A stretch of DNA of 64,000 bases, from contig OX597831.1 of NCBI GenBank assembly GCA_951406725.2, positions 40,920,001 to 40,984,000 of the forward strand, in the 5' to 3' direction. How positions within the stretch are numbered: position 1 is the first letter of the stretch; every line of letters starts with the position of its first letter. Positions 55,059-64,000 of this stretch are shown piece after piece. Below the pieces are notes generated by a model. The model was not told the DNA's origin. It ran no database searches and was given only the letters and a program-made list of their open reading frames with translations. This stretch comes from Octopus vulgaris. Taxonomy: Eukaryota. Position numbers and translations under genes: made by a program.

Positions 55059-55116
<58 letters not shown>

Positions 55117-55124
<8 letters not shown>

Positions 55125-55436
55125 CGAGACAAAACCACTATTTTAAAACCAAACAAGGAAAGACTTAATCAATACATAAAATTTTAATATAAATTTGATA
55201 CTGATTAGAAGATCGAAAATCCACCTGAAGATTGTCGGTAGCAGACATGAAACATTTGTAGTGGCGGTTTATTTAATTTATATTAAAATTGTATGTATTG
55301 ATTAAGTCTTTCCTTGTTTGGTTTTAAAATAGTGGTTTTGTCTCGAATTATATTATATAATATTTTACTATAAAATTGGATTTAACCCTAAATCTGATTT
55401 TTCCCTGTAATTTTGGATTCATTCCCTAATATTTAT

Positions 55437-55440
<4 letters not shown>
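55117..55440 (+). mobile_element. ORF-less fold-back PLE-type module with HHR in (TA)n
   Basis: Inverted repeat 55117-55195/55275-55353 (one mismatch); HHR in the spacer. Confidence 0.85.
55221..55264 (+). ncRNA. Type I hammerhead ribozyme, canonical core
   Basis: ccac-CTGAAGA-t-tgtc(ggtagca)gaca-t-GAAAC-attt-GTA-gtgg. Confidence 0.85.
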
Positions 55441-55502
<62 letters not shown>

Positions 55503-55517
55503 TCATATATATATACA

Positions 55518-55912
55518 AGGAGAATTCACAAAAAAAAGACAGGTGGTGTAGACAATATACAGATGTATTAGTTTTACGCTCGGGAAGTGAAAAAGTCTTT
55601 AACGTTTCGAGCCTACGCTCTTCCACAGAAAGGAACGTAGAAAGAAACAAGGAGAGAAAATAAAGAATGTGTAGTGGCTAGCGATCTATGGTGGCGAATG
55701 CCGGTTAGAAGGGTCACACAGGAGAGCTAGGAAGTTGGGGAGATAATAAAGTAGTGGTAATCCCAAAACGAAGGTGCGCATGCGTGTGTACAAGAGAGTA
55801 TGTATGTGCGTGTGGAAAAGGGCTGGTGACCTTGACGTGTTCGTGTGTGTATGTGTAGGGGTGAAGATGTGGGGCTGGGAAGTGGTCAGTGCTAGTGTGT
55901 GCGTGGTGGTGT
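55518..55912 (-). mobile_element. PLE pLTR with A6U-variant minimal HHR (55597-55632)
   Basis: Minus strand cttt-CTGTGGA-a-gagc(gtag)gctc-GAAAC-GTT-aaag; colinear with 43665-44050. Confidence 0.8.
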
Positions 55913-56333
55913 GACATAATAAAAAAAAAAACAACAACAACGTGAGGATGTGGTACATGCAAAGTATTAACAGACGCTCAAGGAATGAAAGAAAAGTAGT
56001 TTTACGTTTCAAGCAAACCTCTTGTTTAGAAACGGGAAACAGAGGAAATTCCAAGAGAAAAGGAAGACAGAGGAAAAAAATCGCCAACGATCCACATGTA
56101 GTTACATTTTGAAAAAAAGCTCCTTACCACACAGCCATGCCTGTGCCTATGCGCGCGCACACATTTTCTATGAGGGTATTTAAACCTCTTATAGGGATAG
56201 TTTTATCCTGGTCTAATATATTATATTTTGATGAGTTATTTATTCAATAAATATATTATAAAACACCGAATATAATTAAGTTTGAAAATGAAGAGATTCA
56301 ATGGATATGAATTTATGTATTAATTTATTAACG

Positions 56334-56446
56334 TTGCCTACAATTGTTTCACTTCATATCCAATTTAAATTACAAAACATAAGTAACATATGGTAATAAT
56401 ATAAATATGCGTTTTGAGTACCCTGGGTGGAAGATCTTCAGGGTAA
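56334..56446 (-). ncRNA. Hammerhead motif with long stem II
   Basis: Minus strand ttacc-CTGAAGA-t-cttc...gaag-t-GAAAC-aatt-GTA-ggcaa. Confidence 0.65.
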
Positions 56447-56561
56447 GACAGACATTACAAAATTTACATTTTGATCACTTGAAGTACTCCAACAGACTAA
56501 GCAAATAAAAGCGTATTTATTGTGTGTGTGCGAATGCGTTAATATTTTTATTTTTATTTAG

Positions 56562-56948
<387 letters not shown>

Positions 56949-57063
56949 TAATTCTTTTATTGGCCACAAGGTCTGACAAAAATTAATTATAACATAAAAG
57001 GGACAAAACAAGACGAAAGGTTACAAAGGATTTTGTCCGTTTGTAAGATCGAGTAAAAATAAC

Positions 57064-57115
<52 letters not shown>

Positions 57116-57120
57116 GAAGG

Positions 57121-57425
57121 GGCACTCCGTCGGTTACGACGACGAGGGTCTCAGCTGATACGATCAACGGAACAGCCTGCTCGTGAAATTAACGTGCAAG
57201 TGATTGAGCAATCCACAGACACGTGTACCCTTAACGTAGTTCTCAGGGAGATTCAGCGTGACACAGAGTGTGACAAGACTAGATCTTTGAAATACAGGTT
57301 CGACTCATTTTTGCCAGCTGAGTGGACTGGAGCAACGTGAAATAAAGTGTCTTGCTCAAGGACACAACGCGTTGCCGGGAATCGAACACACGACCATACA
57401 ATCGTGAACCGAATGCTCTAACCAC
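57121..57425 (-). mobile_element. tRNA-derived SINE (group C tail, CORE-like body)
   Basis: Minus strand gttcgattcccgg B box and gtgtccttgagcaagacac; tail shared with the 7727 copy. Confidence 0.85.
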
Positions 57426-57440
57426 CACCACCACCACCAC

Positions 57441-57486
<46 letters not shown>

Positions 57487-57488
<2 letters not shown>

Positions 57489-58171
57489 ATCTTTTCGGGT
57501 TGACCGGCAGTTTTTTAAAATAATTTCCACGTAAAACTTTTTAATCTTCTGGACACCCTAAAAATGTTCTAGCCCTCATAAATATTTTTCCTTCCTAAAA
57601 TTTTTATGCTTTTCGTAGAAACTTGTCTCTATATAACCAAACACTTCTTAAAGCAGTATAAACATTTTTAACACCTTCAAAAATTTTCTGAACTCTACTA
57701 AATATGCTCTGCTTTTACTAAAAGTTTAGCATCTTTTCGGTTTGAACGGCAGTTTTTAACATAATTTCTAGGTAACTTAAAAATGTTAAACTTCGTATAC
57801 TGGTAGAATGTGTTTATAAAACATCTTTTTCTCTCTCTTGGCTTTATTGAGAAAATTCTATAGTTTGTAAGATATTTGTTGTTTTTTTTCTTCAATTTCT
57901 GCAATTTCAACCAATCACTGACGTCTATTGAGGTAAACAACATTCTGTGCCGTATGAATATGTCCCTCGTTTAAGAAACAGATTGGGTTTATTTACATTT
58001 GTGAAGAAAAAAAGATACCCTTCCCCCCACCCCTAACCCTAACTAGCCTTAACTCTAACCCTAATCCTAAAACAGATTGAAATGCAATAGATCGATACTA
58101 GGGTCATAATTATGAGCGACAATTTCATATGACACCGCTAGAAAAAACTGCAGGTCAAACCGAAAAGATCC
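57487..58171. mobile_element. MITE with about 30-bp TIRs, extra internal left end and (CCCTAA)-like run
   Basis: gaatcttttcgggttgaccggcagtttttt/aaaaaactgcaggtcaaaccgaaaagatcc; internal copy at 57729; ccctaaccctaa near 58031. Confidence 0.7.
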
Positions 58172-58414
58172 GAATTAAAGTATATAAGAATAAAAATAAA
58201 AGATAAATATAAAGATTAACAATAAATAATGAAAATAATGAAATATATAATAATAAAAAAATAAATAAAATGAAAATGAAATAAAAGATTTTTTTTACAC
58301 AACATGGATGTCCAAGGTCCATTATGGCTTATGTGTGTGTCTACGTTCGTGTGTATATGTGTATTCGTATGTGTATATATGTATGTTTACTGCCTAAAAT
58401 GATTTATGCGTATG

Positions 58415-59050
58415 CAACTGTGTGGTAAGAAAGCTTGCCTCCTGACCACATGGCTCCGGGTGGCACCTTGGGCAAATGTCTTCTAATATAGCCACGGGCC
58501 GATCCAAAGCCTTGTGAGTGGATTTGGGAGACGGAAAATGAAAGAAACCCGTCGTGCATACATGTATATATATGATGGCGGTGTGTTTATGTAGGAGTGG
58601 CTGTGTGGTAAGTAGCTTGATAACCAACCACATGGTTCCGGGTTCAGTCCCACTGCGTGGCATCATGGGCAAGTGTCTTCAACTATAGCCCCGGGCCGAC
58701 CAATGCCTTGTGAGTGGATTTGGTAGACGGAAACTGAAAGAAGCCTGTCGTATATATGTATATATATATATATATATATGTATGCGTGTGTTTGTGTGTC
58801 TGTGTTTGTCCCCCATAGCATTGCTTGACAACCGATGCTGGTGTGTTTACGTCCCCGTCACTTAGCGGTTCGGCAAAAGCGACTGATAGAATAAGTACTG
58901 GGCTTACAAAGAATAAGTCCTGGGGTCGATTTGCTCGACTAAAAAAAAAGGCGGTGCTCCAGCATGGCCGCAGTCAAATGACTGAAACAAGTAAAAGAGA
59001 AAGAGAAAAAGAGAGTACTTGGCTTACAAAGAATAAGTCCTGGGGTCGAA
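58415..59050 (+). mobile_element. SINE group A: degenerate 5' half followed by a near-full-length copy (58593-59010)
   Basis: Matches the 12188 copy; short tail segment re-duplicated at 59015-59050. Confidence 0.85.
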
Positions 59051-59059
59051 TAAAAGAAT

Positions 59060-60350
59060 GGAAGAATGGGAGAATGGGGTGAAAGAAAACGTTGAAAAGA
59101 GAACTATGAGGTAAACGGGTACAGAAAGAAGAGAGTAGGTGCGTGTGAGAGAGAGAGAGAAAGAGAAAGAGAGAGAGTAATAGAGGGTGGTACATTGATT
59201 AATGCAGACAGACAGAGAGAGAGAGGTGTAAGGAGATAGAAAGCTTGAGAAGAGTCAAAAAGTTACCACAGAGAAAAGGACGGAGAGGTGAAGACAGAAG
59301 CGAAGCAGCTAAAGTAATGACGGAGTAGAAGTAGGAGAGGAAAGAGAGGTAGTGAGAGCAGTTGGATAGACGGAGGGAAATGGGGGAGAAGCAGCATGTA
59401 GACAATTGAGAAGGAGAGGGAGGGTGGAAGGTAAATAGTTAAAATAATTGAGGATGGGAGTAGGAGAGAAACCAGTGAGGAAAAGTGTGAGAAAGAGAAA
59501 GAGAGAGAGAGAGAGAGAAGCAAATAAAGTTAATATGAGAGAGGAAGAGGCGAGGGGGATTATTAGCATGCCTGGATCGAGGGAATGAGAAAGAGGCAGG
59601 GAGTTATAGTTAGAGGAGAATGAAAGATAGAGAGAGGCTGACGTAAAGTTATTTAAGAGAAAGGGAGAGAGAAAGAGAGATACTTAAAAAGGTAGAGAGA
59701 GTGTTTGGGGAAGAGAAAGGGAAAGTTAGTTTAGGGACGAGAGAGAGAAAGAGAGAGACAGTTAAGAGACTAAACGAAAAAAAAAAGAGAGAGAGGTCGA
59801 GAGTATAGTTAAAGTTGTCTGAGAGACAGAGACAGTTAAGAGACTAGAGAGAGAGGCAGATAAGTAAGAGACTAGAGAAAGAGAGAGAGAGGGGAAGTGA
59901 AGGCTGACAGTTGAAGTTATTTGAGAGAGAGAGAGAGAGGGGGGGAACGAAGGAAATTGATAGTTTAAGTGTGTGGAAAGAGAGAAGTGAAGGAAGGCAA
60001 CTATTTGAAGAAAGGGCATGAAAGAGAAGTAAAACGATAGCAAAGAAAGAAAGAGAGAGGGAGAAAAAGAGAGATTGAGATATTTAGACCAAAGTATACG
60101 AACGGGGGGGCGGATAGCGTAAACGAGATATATAGAGAGAGAGGGAGTTACGGAGTGAGAGAAGGTGGAAGGGGAGTTATAAAAAGAGATACAAAGTAAA
60201 GGGAGTTATAAAGATTAGAGAGAGAGAGAGAGTGAGAGAGAGAGTTAATGATATTCAGAGAGAGGGGGTTTATAAAGCTAAAAGAGTTAGAGCGATATAC
60301 ATGAGAAAGAGAGAGAGGGAGAAACAGACAAAATAGAGAGGCAAGTTTAA
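59060..60350. repeat. Degenerate GA-rich low-complexity tract (CT-rich counterpart at 49545-50050)
   Basis: Direct reading. Confidence 0.85.
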
Positions 60351-60451
60351 AGATAGTGTTACGATTGTTGTTTAACCCTTGGTTTGCCCAAACAGGCTCA
60401 TAATCAACGTGATTACAGACATGACCATCCAAACAATAATTTTATACATAA

Positions 60452-60862
60452 CTAGTAGTATCGCCCGGCGTTGCTCGGGTTTGTAAGGGAAATAACTTTA
60501 TAAGCATTTTTAGAGAGTTATAGCCAAAAAAGTAGCAAAAAAATGCATTTAAAATGGGAAAAAAATGATGGCAAATTTTTTTAAAAACGTTGACTCATCG
60601 TAGACATTTTTAGAGAGTTACTTCCCTTATATAATAGCGAAAAAATGCATTAAAATGGGAAAAAAATGATGGTAAATGTTTTTTAAAATCGTAGACTCAT
60701 CGTAGACTCATCGTAGACGCGCGCTAATACCCAGAAGGGCTCGATATGAATCACGACTATAAGATACCCGGTTTTGCTTAAACTGCACCGCAAAATATGG
60801 GAGTAGTTAGGAATCTAAATCGTAGGAGACAGACACTCACACAACTACAGTTTTATATATAA

Positions 60863-60865
<3 letters not shown>
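60452..60865 (-). mobile_element. Non-autonomous Helitron
   Basis: Minus strand 5' TC(tttatatataaaa), 3' hairpin cccgagcaacgccggg then CTAG, inserted between A and T; internal tandem duplication of about 100 bp. Confidence 0.8.
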
Positions 60866-60924
<59 letters not shown>

Positions 60925-61387
60925 GTTTCCAGGCTACAATTAATTGGCCGTTTTCTTTTAATTATGAGAAATGATTTAAAGAAGATTTAGTTGTTGTTTC
61001 TAACAGGTCTGGCTTGCCGTTGTTGTTCAACCCCCAATTAAACACTGGTTGTAGTAGACAAACGATTAAAGGTATTCCGAACACGACCATCCAATCCGTT
61101 TTATTATTATTGTTGTTGTTGTTGTTGTTGTTGTTGTTATTTCTCACATCAAAAACCTTGGACCACAAATTGTCCATGTGACCTTCCAGAACATAGTTTT
61201 TGAGCAGATTTGGTTGTTATTTCTAGCACACATAGCAACCTTCTAAAGGCACGTTTGCTGTTGTTGATGTTGTTACTATTGCTGTTTAGCCCCCGGTCAG
61301 GCCTGACTGTACAAACATGATCATCTTCACTACCATGTATTTTACAAAATTTTACAAAATTATTATTCTGTTCTTTTTTTTACTAAA

Positions 61388-61803
61388 CACATGGTCCCGG
61401 GTTCGATCCCACAACGTGGCGCCTTGGGCAAATGGCTTCTACTATTACCACGGGCCGACCAACCAAAGTCGTGTGAATTTAGTAGAAGGAAACTAAAAGA
61501 AACCCGATGTGTGTGTGTGTGTATGTGTGTGTGTGAATGTGTGTATCCTTGTCTCTATACCATGTGTGTGTGTGTGTGTGTGTGCCTTCGTGTTTGTGCC
61601 CCACCCCCGCTTGACGACCGGTGGTAGTTTATTTACGTCCAAGTAAGCTAGCAGTTGAGCCTAAGAAATCGATAGAATAAGTGCGGGTTTTCAAAAAAAA
61701 AAAAACAATTAAAAAAACTGCTGTCGATTTACTCGACGAAACGCTTGAAGTGGTGCTCCAGCATGGCCGCAGTCTAATGACCGAAACAAGTCGAAGATAA
61801 AAG
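61388..61803 (+). mobile_element. Diverged SINE group A
   Basis: gggttcgatccc B box; tail ggtgctccagcatggccgcagtc. Confidence 0.8.
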
Positions 61804-62128
61804 TGACAAAGCATGAACATTTACGGGTTTGATTTGACGGACTTTGGCTGCTGTTTTTAGCTGGGCGACAGACCGACCATGTGTATAACCCTTGTTGTTG
61901 GCTTCGAAAAGTAGGTAAGAAAAGTAGGAGGAAGAGTTATTAAAAGAAACAAAAGATGGAGGATGTGTAAGAGTAAGTGCGAGAAAGAGAGAGGATGGAT
62001 CTGAGAGAGGGAGGGGGAATAGAGTGTGTTGACACATTATTGGAAAGGAAGTTAGAGAGAGTAGGAGGTAGAGGGCGTATAGGGATATTGTTAACAGACA
62101 ATGAGTGACTTGCAGTTGATAGACAGAC

Positions 62129-62199
<71 letters not shown>

Positions 62200-62227
62200 C
62201 AGACAGATAATGATATATATATGTATT

Positions 62228-62597
62228 CCTTTATTTGTTTCAGTTGACTGCGGCCATGCTGGAGCACCGCCTTTAGTCGAACAAATCGACCCCAGGACTT
62301 ATTCTTCGTAAGCCTAGCCTAGTACTTCTATTTCATCGGTCTCTTATGCCGAACCGCTAGGTTACGGGGACGTAAACACACCAACATCGATTGTCAAGCG
62401 ATAGTGGGGAGACAAACACAGACACACAAACACACACACACACACCAGTTTCCGTCTACCAAATCCACTCACAAGGCTTTGATCGGCCCGAGGGCTATGG
62501 TAGAAGACGCTTGCCCAAGATGCCACGCAGTGGGACTGAACCCGGAACTACGTGGTTGTTAAGCAAACTACTTACCACACGGACACTCTTGCGCCTG
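62228..62597 (-). mobile_element. SINE group A
   Basis: Reverse complement of the 12188 copy with a small internal deletion. Confidence 0.85.
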
Positions 62598-62772
62598 CCT
62601 ATCTATGTATACGTATATCTCACATACACGCATGTATGTATGTATGTATGTATGTATGTATGTATGGATGGATGAATGAATGAATGAATGAATGTATGGA
62701 TATATGTAAGTATATAGGTAGGTGGAGGCTTCCGTATCTGTAAATGTATCAAGTAACGTCAAACGAGCACAA

Positions 62773-62822
<50 letters not shown>

Positions 62823-62966
62823 CTGAGCGTGTGTGTGTGTGTGTGTGTGTCTGCGTCTGTATGTTTGTGTGTGTGTACGGACACTGTCTCCAGTTAAATT
62901 TATATATCAGATAATGTTAAGCGCGTAAAATATATTTTAATGTACTTTACAACTCTTGTTACAATG

Positions 62967-63047
<81 letters not shown>

Positions 63048-63288
63048 ATATATGTTTAAAGATATGTATATGAATGTGTACGTGTGCGCATGTGAGTGCG
63101 TGTGTGGAAGTGGAACTCTGTGTGTTTGTGTCCGTGTGTCTGTGTGTGTGCGTGTGTATAAGTGTAAGAGGTCAGACCTAAGTGACACTTTACATGTAGA
63201 CACATGTATGTGAGTGTGTGTGTGGCTTGTCCACGAGAGGGAGGGCAAACAGCAATAGAAAGACAGGGAGAAAGAGAGACAGAGATAG

Positions 63289-63319
<31 letters not shown>

Positions 63320-64000
63320 TATACAGACATACACATAGAGACAACTAGAGTGAGAGAGAGCGCGAGGAAGAGGGAGGGAGAGAAAGAAAGAAAAGAAGGT
63401 AAGAAAGAAAGCGATAAACAAAACGAATAGGAGAGAAAAAAAAAAAGCAACAGTGAACAACAGAAGTAGGTGGGGGGGGGGAGGGGGAGGGGAAGCGATG
63501 TAAAACCGAGGGAAATGAAATACTTTTCTTTTTCTTTTTCTTTTTCTTTTTCTTTTTCTTTCGGCGGGTCGGCGGCGGCGGCGGTTGTGGTGGACTACAG
63601 AATCATGACAAACACTTGTAGAATTAAAAAGATCACCATGAATTTATAATAGCTAAAGGGTTAAATCGCTCGCCCTGTTGAACAAAACTACAAACTAATA
63701 CACGTCCCGCCGTCATTCCTCAATATTTTCTACGGTGTAAACTTTATTTATATTATTATTTTTTTCCTCCCTTCATTCTTGTGTTCTACTATACACGGAT
63801 TTTTATCATTCCGACATTCCGATATTCTGAAACGAAAAGCTCATAGGATTTTACAAAACAGGTATAGTTAAAATTTAATAATTATATATTATATATATAT
63901 ATATATATATATGTAAATATTTATATTTATATCAATATATATATATGGTTACATATATATATATATATGGTTACATACATACCGACTACGAGTTTACGGG

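Noticed and set aside
63540-63720. Possible promoter near a GGC run
   Set aside because: Only a short GC-rich simple repeat; no transcription start, exon or motif cluster can be supported.

Overview
This is AT-rich eukaryotic non-coding DNA (intron or intergenic) saturated with microsatellites. The SINE families and repeat spectrum point to a coleoid cephalopod, most likely Octopus (inference). I found no intact host gene or convincing exon. Almost all listed ORFs are microsatellite translations, and the remainder are decayed transposon ORFs. Recognisable elements are three tRNA-derived SINE groups (about 35 copies), LINE fragments (CR1/L2 group, RTE, L1/Tx1, Dong/R4), three Penelope-like (PLE) GIY-YIG remnants, Tc1 transposons, MITEs, Helitron/HINE-type elements and minisatellites. 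The most striking signal is about 15 hammerhead-ribozyme (HHR) motifs of unrelated sequence. Many sit in short ORF-less fold-back modules inserted in (TA)n tracts; they include a perfect head-to-head double-HHR palindrome, a U3-A8 covariant core and an A6U core family. Other notable items are a candidate HDV-like ribozyme, SINE-LINE shared 3' tails, antisense SINE-in-SINE insertions with TSDs, and a 6.2-kb interval bracketed by inverted satellite arms. All structures were read by eye; no searches or folding programs were run.
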